Assembly: GCA_044070495.1 (NCBI GenBank)
Contig: JBIPSI010000001.1
Location: 96,001-160,000 of the forward strand
Length of the DNA stretch: 64,000 bases
Origin: Spirulina sp.
GTDB lineage: Bacteria > Cyanobacteriota > Cyanobacteriia > Phormidesmidales > Phormidesmidaceae
Reading direction: 5' to 3'
Part shown: piece by piece, positions 50,239 through 60,133 of the stretch
Layout of the letters: the number at the start of each line of letters is the position of its first letter
Numbering within the stretch: position 1 is the stretch's first letter
Notes under the pieces: model-generated
Databases searched by the model: none
What the model was told of the DNA's origin: nothing
The model's input: the letters and a program-made list of their open reading frames with translations, nothing else
Program-made: the position numbers and the translations under genes

Positions 50239-51216
50239 ATGCCTACTCTTTATGTCACTCAACCCGACGCTGTTTTAAGTAAGAAGTACGAAGCTTTTTC
50301 CGTTGCTCTGCGCCAGGAGGATGGTTCTTGGCAGAAGCGATCTGTTCCGGCCCAGACGGTGGAGCAGGTGGTGCTGATGGGCAATCCCCAAATCACAGGC
50401 GATGCGCTGACCTATGCACTGGAGTTAGGGTTGCCCGTCCACTACCTAACCAGTTTTGGTAAATATTTGGGTTCGGCGTTGCCGGGGCATTCTCGTAATG
50501 GGCAGTTGCGGCTGGCTCAGTATGCGCTTTATTTGGATGCTGAGAAGCGGCTGGCTCTGGTGAAGAACATTGTGGAGGCCAAAATTCATAACCAATTTGG
50601 CGTTCTCTATCGCCATGGGCAGCGGGATAACCCTCTTAAGGCTCGCAAGAAGGCAGCCCAGCAGCAATCGACGCTGGACAAGGTGCGCGGCATGGAAGGG
50701 CTGGCGGCACGGGAATACTTTGCCTGCTGGCCCGCCATGCTGAAGCACGACTGGGGCTTTTCAGGCCGCAACCGTCGTCCGCCCAAGGATCCGGTGAATG
50801 CCCTGCTGAGCTTTGCCTATGCCCTGCTGCGGGTGCAGGTGACGGCGGCGGTGCATGTGGCAGGGCTGGATCCCTACGTGGGTTATCTCCATGAGGTTCA
50901 CCACGGTCAACCCGCCCTGGTGCTCGATTTGATGGAAGAATTTCGTCCGCTGATTGCCGATAACCTGGTGCTGGCAGTACTCAACAACCGCGAGATTCAG
51001 CCCAAAGACTTTACCGAAAGCCTGGGAGCCTACAATCTCTCTGACGCTGGCCGTAAAGCTTTTCTCCAAGCCTTTGAACGCAAAATGACCGATGAATTCA
51101 AGCATCCGGTCTTTGACTACCGCTGTTCTTACCGTCGTGCGATCGAACTTCAGGCTCGTCTGCTTAGTCGTCATTTACAAGAAGATATTCCTTATAAACC
51201 TCTGATGTTGCGGTGA
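50239..51216 (+). CDS. cas1: Type I-D Cas1
   Basis: GMEGLAAREYF, RNRRPPKDPVNALLS, GYLH, DLMEEFRP. Confidence 0.97.
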   Translation: MPTLYVTQPDAVLSKKYEAFSVALRQEDGSWQKRSVPAQTVEQVVLMGNPQITGDALTYALELGLPVHYLTSFGKYLGSALPGHSRNGQLRLAQYALYLDAEKRLALVKNIVEAKIHNQFGVLYRHGQRDNPLKARKKAAQQQSTLDKVRGMEGLAAREYFACWPAMLKHDWGFSGRNRRPPKDPVNALLSFAYALLRVQVTAAVHVAGLDPYVGYLHEVHHGQPALVLDLMEEFRPLIADNLVLAVLNNREIQPKDFTESLGAYNLSDAGRKAFLQAFERKMTDEFKHPVFDYRCSYRRAIELQARLLSRHLQEDIPYKPLMLR

Positions 51217-51220
51217 GGGG

Positions 51221-51257
51221 TGTTGGTTATTGGTTATTGGTTATTGGTTATTAGTTA
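51221..51257 (+). repeat. Heptamer array (TTGGTTA)x4 + TTAGTTA after cas1
   Basis: Read directly from the sequence. Confidence 0.9.
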
Positions 51258-51272
51258 GGGGGGGTGTGGGGT

Positions 51273-51638
51273 ATGGGTAGGGGGTTTAAGGAGTTGGAGG
51301 TTTATCAATTGTCGGAGCAGTTGGCTGACGCAATTTGGGAGATTGTTTTGACCTGGGATTTTTTCGCTAAAGACACTGTAGGCAAACAATTGGTCAGAGC
51401 TGCCGACAGCATTGGAGCCAATATTGCCGAGGGCACTGGCCGAGGCAGCTACCAAGATAATGCCCGTTTTATAACCATTGCCCGTGGCTCCCTCACCGAA
51501 ACCCAGCACTGGCTCCGCCGTGCCCATAACCGCCAACTTCTCACCACCGACCAAGTCGCCACCCTCAAACCCCTTATCGATACCCTAGCCCCCAAACTCA
51601 ATGCTTATCGCAATGCCATTCTTAATGCGAGGCGTTAA
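51273..51638 (+). CDS. Four-helix-bundle protein (23S rRNA IVS protein / TIGR02436 family, Avd-like fold)
   Basis: FKELEVYQ, QLVRAADSIGANIAEG.GR, F..IARGSL.ET..WL. Confidence 0.92.
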   Translation: MGRGFKELEVYQLSEQLADAIWEIVLTWDFFAKDTVGKQLVRAADSIGANIAEGTGRGSYQDNARFITIARGSLTETQHWLRRAHNRQLLTTDQVATLKPLIDTLAPKLNAYRNAILNARR

Positions 51639-51640
51639 TT

Positions 51641-51786
51641 GTTATTCGTTGTTTGTTATTCGTTGTTTGTTATTCGTTATTCGTTATTCGTTTCTAGTAA
51701 CCAACAACCAATAACCAATAACCAATAACCAATAACCAACAACCAACAACCAACAACCAATAACCAACAACCAATAACCAACAACC
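51641..51786 (+). repeat. Bipartite heptamer array between the four-helix-bundle gene and cas2
   Basis: (GTTRTTY)x7, core GTTTCTAGTAAC, (YAACCAA)x~12 ending at the cas2 ATG. Confidence 0.95.
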
Positions 51787-52080
51787 ATGACAAAACTCCT
51801 CTATCTAATCATTTACGATCTCCCTGACGACAAGGCCGCTAACAAACGCCGCAACCGTCTCCACAAGCTACTGTCGGGCTATGGTCAGTGGACTCAGTAC
51901 AGCGTGTTTGAGTGTTTTTTGACGGCGACTCAGTTTGCGCGGCTACAGGTGCAGCTAGAACGCCTGATTAAGCCAGAGACAGACTCGGTACGACTTTATG
52001 TTTTGGATGCTGGGGCGGTGAAGCGAACGCTGACCTACGGCTCTGAGAAGCCCCGCCAAACTGAGGCGATCATCCTATGA
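51787..52080 (+). CDS. cas2: Cas2
   Basis: YLIIYDL, YGQWTQYSVFEC, DSVRLY. Confidence 0.96.
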   Translation: MTKLLYLIIYDLPDDKAANKRRNRLHKLLSGYGQWTQYSVFECFLTATQFARLQVQLERLIKPETDSVRLYVLDAGAVKRTLTYGSEKPRQTEAIIL

Positions 52081-52289
52081 TGGAGGGGTGGCAATTTTCT
52101 GGCAAACCTCAGCAAGCCCAATTTCCCTGGGGGGTTCGCCAAAACCTTGGAACCTTGAAAATTCAATACTTTTTGATGATCCACCTAGGGGTAGGAGGTA
52201 TCCTAGAGGGGCGAGAGGCAACCGTTCTTAGGAGGTTCGCCAAAACAAGGGCCAAAACCCTTGCCAGACAAGGCTTCCAGGGCGCGGCC
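52081..52289 (+). promoter_or_regulatory. CRISPR leader
   Basis: Lies between cas2 and the first repeat; two direct GGTTCGCCAAAAC copies and one inverted variant. Confidence 0.8.
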
Positions 52290-55200
52290 CTCGCCAACCA
52301 CCCAATCTCGGCAACGAGACTGAAACAGGGCTGGTTTGATCCATCCTGAGGATGGATCACTCTCGCCAACCACCCAATCTCGGCAACGAGACTGAAACGT
52401 TTCGGTCTTTGGCGAGCGCCTGCGCCTGGAAAAACTCGCCAACCACCCAATCTCGGCAACGAGACTGAAACATATCTCTGCTGAAATCTCTAGGCTTAAT
52501 CGACATACTCGCCAACCACCCAATCTCGGCAACGAGACTGAAACAGGGCTGGGTCTAGGGCTTCATCAATGGCTCGTTCTGCTCGCCAACCACCCAATCT
52601 CGGCAACGAGACTGAAACCGGTCTCCGTTCTCCTGATCAATAATCTCCGTCCCGCTCGCCAACCACCCAATCTCGGCAACGAGACTGAAACAACGGCCTA
52701 TGGCGACATACGAACAACAACTGAAGCTCGCCAACCACCCAATCTCGGCAACGAGACTGAAACGCGCTGGCACGGCGGGGGGATCGACGCCGCCGTCGAC
52801 TCGCCAACCACCCAATCTCGGCAACGAGACTGAAACACCCACGAAGGCAAATCTAGCTACGCCCCTAGCCTAACTCGCCAACCACCCAATCTCGGCAACG
52901 AGACTGAAACAGTTGTTTGGCCTCCAGCCCTTCGATCCGCTCTTTCTCGCCAACCACCCAATCTCGGCAACGAGACTGAAACTAGTCTGGGGCGCGGTCC
53001 AGTAGTTCGTCGTTGCTGACTCGCCAACCACCCAATCTCGGCAACGAGACTGAAACAAAAACACCTTGACCCGAAACTGGGTCTTAGGAACGCTCGCCAA
53101 CCACCCAATCTCGGCAACGAGACTGAAACATCAAAATTCTGATCACCTTTCCCAAAAAACACCCCCTCGCCAACCACCCAATCTCGGCAACGAGACTGAA
53201 ACATATGCTGATCATGCCAAAGCTGTTGAGCCATCCAACTCGCCAACCACCCAATCTCGGCAACGAGACTGAAACATCGCTGCGCCGCGCCACTGCCGCC
53301 GAAAGCCCTCTCGCCAACCACCCAATCTCGGCAACGAGACTGAAACCAGCTTGTTTTATCGGGGCCAAATCTGCTTTTCTACTCGCCAACCACCCAATCT
53401 CGGCAACGAGACTGAAACGAGGATTTATGGGAGCTGCTGAGATGCCAAAAAGAAGCTCGCCAACCACCCAATCTCGGCAACGAGACTGAAACGAGCCGTC
53501 GATCCATCACATCGACCTGGCCCATCCCCTCGCCAACCACCCAATCTCGGCAACGAGACTGAAACGAGACCTCCCCGATTGAGGCGCAGGCGCAGATCGA
53601 CTCGCCAACCACCCAATCTCGGCAACGAGACTGAAACACTTCGTAGTTGAGGCAGAATCGGGCACCGCCAGGGCATCCCCTCGCCAACCACCCAATCTCG
53701 GCAACGAGACTGAAACCTTTAGCATCCAGCGCCGCTTGTAGGTCGGTCTGGTCTCGCCAACCACCCAATCTCGGCAACGAGACTGAAACCCAACCTCTTT
53801 GTCTGGGATGATCCGAGCCATCAAGTCTCGCCAACCACCCAATCTCGGCAACGAGACTGAAACCGTCAAAACTTGTGAGCTTCTTCGCTAACTCATCACT
53901 CGCCAACCACCCAATCTCGGCAACGAGACTGAAACTAGGCTCTGAAACTACCGCTGGGGACGGCGTTGGGGGCTCGCCAACCACCCAATCTCGGCAACGA
54001 GACTGAAACTAAACTTCCCATGGGTCGTTGCTGTTGCTAGCAGGCTCGCCAACCACCCAATCTCGGCAACGAGACTGAAACAGGTAAAGCTCATCGTCAG
54101 GCGTGGCCACATCAGGGGCTCGCCAACCACCCAATCTCGGCAACGAGACTGAAACATATCGGGTAACCATTGCCGATCAAAGTCGCTGTTAACTCGCCAA
54201 CCACCCAATCTCGGCAACGAGACTGAAACTGACCGATGGCTCTTGAAGACCTTTACGGAAAGATTCTGGCTCGCCAACCACCCAATCTCGGCAACGAGAC
54301 TGAAACCGCTCCCTGCCACCGTCTAGGAACTTTGAGAACGGCTCGCCAACCACCCAATCTCGGCAACGAGACTGAAACTTTGCCCACGGGGGTCGGCGAT
54401 CCAAACTTGTCGGCCTCGCCAACCACCCAATCTCGGCAACGAGACTGAAACAGGGATGGCCCTCCCCGTCTCGATCTAAGTACGGGCTCGCCAACCACCC
54501 AATCTCGGCAACGAGACTGAAACCCCCGAATCAACGGCTCGGCGAAATCGTTAAATCCACTCGCCAACCACCCAATCTCGGCAACGAGACTGAAACAGCT
54601 CCTAGCAGCGTGATTGCCTGTTTCGAGCCTACTCGCCAACCACCCAATCTCGGCAACGAGACTGAAACGTGCCGTTCTTGCTGAACAGGTTTGCGAATAG
54701 GGCTCGCCAACCACCCAATCTCGGCAACGAGACTGAAACTTGTTGAATTGAACTTTGATTCGCTGAATGGGCGGAGCTCGCCAACCACCCAATCTCGGCA
54801 ACGAGACTGAAACGACATTCTTTGTCTAGAGCGGCATTGATTCTTTTTGCTCGCCAACCACCCAATCTCGGCAACGAGACTGAAACAAAACAAACGTACA
54901 AAGGAGGACGTATGTTAAAATCCAGCTCGCCAACCACCCAATCTCGGCAACGAGACTGAAACGAGGAATTGCACCTCCGGCAGTAGTCGCCACTGCCCCT
55001 CGCCAACCACCCAATCTCGGCAACGAGACTGAAACCCCTCGGTGCTTCGAATTCCCCTGGGGGTATACGTTCTCGCCAACCACCCAATCTCGGCAACGAG
55101 ACTGAAACTCCTCGCGGACGTTGGCCCAGTAGTGGGCGGAGTCCTCGCCAACCACCCAATCTCGGCAACGAGACTGAAACACTGCCCTCAGATACTAGTC

Positions 55201-56269
55201 CCACAATTCGGGTTTCTCGCCAACCACCCAATCTCGGCAACGAGACTGAAACCCATCCATCAGTTGCAGATAATCAATAAACACCATCTCGCCAACCACC
55301 CAATCTCGGCAACGAGACTGAAACGCTCTCGCATCCCCGCTACCCCTGCCATTACCCGCAACTCGCCAACCACCCAATCTCGGCAACGAGACTGAAACTT
55401 GCTGGGCTATTTCTAACACCATCTGCCACATTATCTCGCCAACCACCCAATCTCGGCAACGAGACTGAAACTGGACTCATCAACACCGTGCCAATGTGCC
55501 AATCCGAACTCGCCAACCACCCAATCTCGGCAACGAGACTGAAACCCTGCCCTCGCTCGCATGGCCCAACAAGAGTTACCTCGCCAACCACCCAATCTCG
55601 GCAACGAGACTGAAACAAAGAGGCGCGGGAATATCACCGCAATGAGAAACACCACTCGCCAACCACCCAATCTCGGCAACGAGACTGAAACGGGGCACGG
55701 CATTTCCTTCGGATGGCGATGGAGAAGCTCGCCAACCACCCAATCTCGGCAACGAGACTGAAACGACTGGCTACGCAGCACCTATGACGCCAACAAGGTC
55801 TCGCCAACCACCCAATCTCGGCAACGAGACTGAAACGGGACGGGCGGGGATGGTGGCGCTGCTGGCACCCACCTCGCCAACCACCCAATCTCGGCAACGA
55901 GACTGAAACCTTACTCCGGTAAGGTTGGCGCGGTCATATCCGCATACTCGCCAACCACCCAATCTCGGCAACGAGACTGAAACGGCGCTTCTCCCCTGGC
56001 GGCGGCGTAGGCTTTGGCTCGCCAACCACCCAATCTCGGCAACGAGACTGAAACTGTTTCCTCCATCGCCTTCTTGATGGCCCCAGACCAGGCTCGCCAA
56101 CCACCCAATCTCGGCAACGAGACTGAAACCGGAAATCGTCGTTGTAGCGGTACAACCGTTTCACCCTCGCCAACCACCCAATCTCGGCAACGAGACTGAA
56201 ACTGGGAGAATGGGAATCACCGGATACGGAAAAAAGATCTCGCCAACCACCCAATCTCGGCAACGAGAC
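52290..56269 (+). CRISPR. Type I-D CRISPR array: 55 repeats (37 bp, CTCGCCAACCACCCAATCTCGGCAACGAGACTGAAAC), 54 spacers of ~34-42 bp
   Basis: Manual count; stem TCTCG-GCAA-CGAGA and 3' GAAAC handle; last repeat (56239) diverges after ...CGAGAC, which fixes orientation as +. Confidence 0.98.
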
Positions 56270-56463
56270 GGTCTGCCTTTTGTCTTCAGTCCTCTACCTG
56301 CTAGCCCTAGGTTAAAGACTGCACAGCAGGGAGACCGGAGGCAAAATGTTTTGCCGTATAGTTTAAGGTCTGATTAAAGGCGGGCTTGGCCTTAGCATAG
56401 TGGTGTGTGCGGCCTTGTCTAGGGCCGTTAGATTGGCCGTCTCTCAACCCGTTGAGCGTTCCT

Positions 56464-59400
56464 ATGTCTCCAGTTCATCTTCAAGCGCAGTTAGACCGTT
56501 ACTACCAGCAGGTGAAGCGGGTGATTCTGTCACGGCAGCACCCCGTTAGTGGTCTGATGCCTGCCAGCACGGCGGTGAACAGCCACGGCAACTACACGGA
56601 TGCCTGGGTGCGGGATAACGTCTACAGCATTTTGGCGGTGTGGGGCTTGGCCCTGGCCTACCGGCAACTGGACGACGACCAGGGGCGCACCGTGGAGCTA
56701 GAGCAGAGCGTCGTTAAGCTGATGCGGGGGCTGCTGGTGGCCAAACTGCGGCAGGCCCACAAGGTCGAGCGGTTTAAGGAACGACAGCACCCCCTGGAAG
56801 CACTCCATGCCAAGTACGATACCGCCACCGGAAATCCTGTGGTGGGGGATGACGAGTGGGGCCATTTGCAGATTGACGCCACCTCGGTCTTTTTGTTGAT
56901 GTTGGCCCAGATGACGGCCTCCGGGTTGCAGATCGTCTACACCCTAGACGAAGTGAACTTTGTGCAAAACCTGGTCTACTACATTGGCCGCGCCTACCGC
57001 ACCCCCGACTACGGCATTTGGGAGCGGGGCAACAAAATCAACCACGGTAAGCCAGAACTCAACGTTAGCTCCGTGGGGATGGCCAAGGCGGCACTAGAGG
57101 CCATGCGCGGCATTAACCTATTTGGGATGCGGGGGGGGCAGGCGTCGATTATCCATGTGCTGACCGACGAGATCGCCCGTGCCCGGATTACCCTAGAATC
57201 GCTGCTGCCGAGGGAATCCGGTTCCAAGGAAGTAGATGCCGCCCTGCTGAGCGTGATTGGCTTTCCGGCCTTTGCGGTGGAGGATGCGGATTTGGTTCGC
57301 AAAACTCGCCAAAAGATCGTCGATAAGCTGCAAGGCAACTACGGCTGCAAGCGCTTTTTGCGGGACGGCCACCAAACCGTGATCGAAGACACCACCCGCC
57401 TCCACTACGAACCGGAGGAACTGCGCCAGTTTGAGCATATTGAGTGCGAGTGGCCGCTGTTTTTTACCTACCTCTGGCTAGATAGCCTGTTTGCGGGGGA
57501 TCAGGCCCAGATTTGCTTCTACCAAGAACGGCTGGCGGCCTTGGAAATCCAGCGCGACGGGGTGGGACTGCTGCCGGAACTTTATTATGTGCCGGAAGAT
57601 AAGCTGGAACTGGAGCGGGAAAAACCCGGTAGCCAAATCCGCGAACCCAACGACAACTTGCCTTTGGTATGGGCACAAAGTCTCTATATTTTGGGCCAAC
57701 TGGTGCGGGATGGGCTGCTGAAACCGGGGGATCTCGACCCCCTGGGACGGCATTTGAAGGTGGGCGAACAGCGCTATCCCCTGGTGCAGATTGCCCTGGT
57801 GGCAGAGGATAAGGCCCTCCAGGCGGAACTGAGCAACTGCGGTCTGCCTACCCAAACCCTGGAGGAAGTCGATCCTGTCCAGGTGTTCCCGGCCTCGGAA
57901 CTATCCGCTATCTATGCCGAAATTGGCAAAAACGAGACCCTGGGCATTAGCGGGCGTCCGGTGCGGCGGCTGCGGAGTTTAACCACCTCCCGCCTGTTTC
58001 GCATCCAGGGCCAGCCAGCGGTGTTTCTGCCCTCGTTTTTAGACCAGCAGCGGTTTTACCTGACCTTGGACTACCACTTTTTGGTGGCCCAAATTCGCAG
58101 CGAACTGGCCTATATTTACGACCACTGGCGCGAACCAGGCCGCCCCACGGTGACGCTGCTCCTCACCCACGCCATGTTCCAACTGGGGCACAAGCCCATC
58201 CACCAATCGCCCCTACTGGCCCTGATGCAGGAACTCAGCACCGGACGCTGTAACCATGTGCCCGTGCGGGTTGGCCCTTTGCACCAGTTGATCATGACCG
58301 CCAGCCAGGAGCGGGTAGACAACGTCAACAACTACCAGTTGGGCAGCCATTCCGTGGGCTACAACCCTCTATGGACAGGCTACCTAGGCTTCGAGCCGGG
58401 ACGGGATGGCCCGCTTTCGCTGCTGGAGGAATTTGATCTGGAGCAGGAAACCGACCTGGAGCGCATCCTCAGCCACCTGCGAGAGTCGAGCAATGTCTAT
58501 GAACAAATTGAACTGCTCAGCACCCTCAAACACCTGAAGGGGCTGGGGTTTGATACGGGGTTGGGTGGCCCTAATCGCGCCGTAACGGTGGAAAACCTGC
58601 TAGACGAAATCTACGCCAAGGCCAGCCAGCTCGAACAGTGGGACATTCTACGGCGGGCGGCGGGCCTGCTGGAAAAGGCCGACATCACCCTCTCGGATGC
58701 CGTGACCGAACTGCTGGTGCGCCAAAAGCAAATCTCCGTGGGCAAAGCCTACAGCGAAGCCTCTCTGATCACCGATCCCATGGCCCATGGGGAAATTGTC
58801 GAAAAAATCCGCACCTTCTGCGGCGACGATGTGCGCGACCACGTCCTCACCCAGGAGGTGTTGATCGATCTCAGTTTGTTGATCAAAGCCGAACCGACCC
58901 TCTTTGACGGCCTGTTGACCCTGCGGGTGGGCTACCTGCTGCTGCTGCTAACTAGCGAACTGGCCCGCGAGGATAACCTCCCCCAGGACGAAGCCTACGG
59001 CCAGTTGTTGGCCCTCAGCCCCCATGAGCTAAAAAAACGCCTGCGTCAAGTCCTGGCCGGGTTCAGCGGCCTCAACCAGTCCATCTTCCAGCGGGAATCG
59101 CTGCACGTTAAACCCCATAGCGCCATCAACTGGCAGGTCATCCCCGACCAACTGGAGGAAATTCCTGCAACCGAAGCCCCCACCCCCCAAGACTGGTGGC
59201 GAATGCGCGTCATCGACGGCGAAATTGCCCGCATTCCCCCAGAATTTTACCGCCAGGTGTGGGAGGTGCTGCGCCATTCCAAGGGCATCGTCATCGGCAA
59301 CAAGCTAGATCGCAAAAATCGACTGGATAGCGACCGCATCCTCTCGGAAATGACTCCGGGCGAGCAAAACTTCGAGCGGCGCATCATCCACCTGCTCAGC

Positions 59401-59706
59401 AAAATCCAGGCTCCAGAATATCGCCACGTCAACCTCGAAGCCCTGCGGGAAATGGGGCAAATTTTCAAAGTAAACCCCGACCTGTACTTCGAGGACTATA
59501 TTTACCTAGACGTGCTAATCGGCCACGCCGTCCGCCTCGGCTGGCTGGATCAACAGCCCGAACGTCTGGAGACCTACGAATCCGACAAAGCCCAGGCATG
59601 GCATTCCTTCTACCAACTGCCCCCGGCCCAGTGCGCCACCTACATCGCCATGGCCCTCCAGTTCCTCACCGTCCTCGGCGAAGCAGAACCAGAACCCGTC
59701 GCCTAG
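56464..59706 (+). CDS. Glycoside hydrolase family 15 / phosphorylase kinase alpha-beta-like protein
   Basis: DAWVRDNVY, WGHLQID, DYGIWERG, GCKRFLRDG, PLVWAQS; start inferred at 56464 (track 56407). Confidence 0.88.
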   Translation: MSPVHLQAQLDRYYQQVKRVILSRQHPVSGLMPASTAVNSHGNYTDAWVRDNVYSILAVWGLALAYRQLDDDQGRTVELEQSVVKLMRGLLVAKLRQAHKVERFKERQHPLEALHAKYDTATGNPVVGDDEWGHLQIDATSVFLLMLAQMTASGLQIVYTLDEVNFVQNLVYYIGRAYRTPDYGIWERGNKINHGKPELNVSSVGMAKAALEAMRGINLFGMRGGQASIIHVLTDEIARARITLESLLPRESGSKEVDAALLSVIGFPAFAVEDADLVRKTRQKIVDKLQGNYGCKRFLRDGHQTVIEDTTRLHYEPEELRQFEHIECEWPLFFTYLWLDSLFAGDQAQICFYQERLAALEIQRDGVGLLPELYYVPEDKLELEREKPGSQIREPNDNLPLVWAQSLYILGQLVRDGLLKPGDLDPLGRHLKVGEQRYPLVQIALVAEDKALQAELSNCGLPTQTLEEVDPVQVFPASELSAIYAEIGKNETLGISGRPVRRLRSLTTSRLFRIQGQPAVFLPSFLDQQRFYLTLDYHFLVAQIRSELAYIYDHWREPGRPTVTLLLTHAMFQLGHKPIHQSPLLALMQELSTGRCNHVPVRVGPLHQLIMTASQERVDNVNNYQLGSHSVGYNPLWTGYLGFEPGRDGPLSLLEEFDLEQETDLERILSHLRESSNVYEQIELLSTLKHLKGLGFDTGLGGPNRAVTVENLLDEIYAKASQLEQWDILRRAAGLLEKADITLSDAVTELLVRQKQISVGKAYSEASLITDPMAHGEIVEKIRTFCGDDVRDHVLTQEVLIDLSLLIKAEPTLFDGLLTLRVGYLLLLLTSELAREDNLPQDEAYGQLLALSPHELKKRLRQVLAGFSGLNQSIFQRESLHVKPHSAINWQVIPDQLEEIPATEAPTPQDWWRMRVIDGEIARIPPEFYRQVWEVLRHSKGIVIGNKLDRKNRLDSDRILSEMTPGEQNFERRIIHLLSKIQAPEYRHVNLEALREMGQIFKVNPDLYFEDYIYLDVLIGHAVRLGWLDQQPERLETYESDKAQAWHSFYQLPPAQCATYIAMALQFLTVLGEAEPEPVA

Positions 59707-59851
59707 ACCAAGGGGTAGGGCGAGGGCGTTTGGCCTACCGCTGCCCGTTGTCATACCCCTTTGGCAAGAGATGTTGCGGAGGGATATGTTTTAAACCACT
59801 GATAATATAGAGTAAAGTATATCTAATCCAACAAACCCATAGACTTAAACG

Positions 59852-60133
59852 ATGGTCGATCTGCTGAGCTATAGCTGCATCACCCTGGGGGTGGTGTTTT
59901 GGTTTTGGGGCACCTGGCCGCTGCTGGGGTCGAGGTCGGTGCTCTTTAAGCTGCACGGGCTTTCCGTAGCCGACACCCTTGGTTCCATGGCCATTGTGGC
60001 GGGGCTGCTGCTCAAAATTCCCAGCGAATGGCCGCTGCTGGTGTTGGGACTGATCACCCTGGCGCTGTGGAATACGGTGCTGGGCTACGTGCTGGCCTAC
60101 TGTTCCATTCCGGAGACTAGCGATGATCGATAG
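59852..60133 (+). CDS. mnhG: Mrp/Mnh Na+/H+ antiporter subunit G
   Basis: KLHGLSVADTLG, three TM helices. Confidence 0.82.
   Translation: MVDLLSYSCITLGVVFWFWGTWPLLGSRSVLFKLHGLSVADTLGSMAIVAGLLLKIPSEWPLLVLGLITLALWNTVLGYVLAYCSIPETSDDR

Noticed and set aside
51273..51638. Diversity-generating retroelement suggested by the Avd-like fold
   Set aside because: No reverse transcriptase and no template/variable repeat pair seen in the window
54887..54925. Spacer containing AAAGGAGG-N4-ATG
   Set aside because: Most simply a captured gene start from the invader; no evidence of function in the array
55472..55508. Spacer reading SDWHIG (metallophosphoesterase-like) on the reverse strand
   Set aside because: Another frame is also open and the motif is too short to assign
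52077..56263. Many ORFs with repeated FQSRCRDWVVGE / SLPRLGGWR peptides
   Set aside because: Translations of CRISPR repeats, not genes
52290..56269. Self-targeting spacers within the window, duplicated spacers, or an isolated CreTA-like mini-repeat in the cas operon
   Set aside because: None noticed by eye; spacers 1 and 4 share only AGGGCTGG; an alignment is needed to exclude these fully
35770..56400. tRNA-Thr-integrated island with att duplication
   Set aside because: No integrase, and no copy of the tRNA 3' end found by eye downstream of the array
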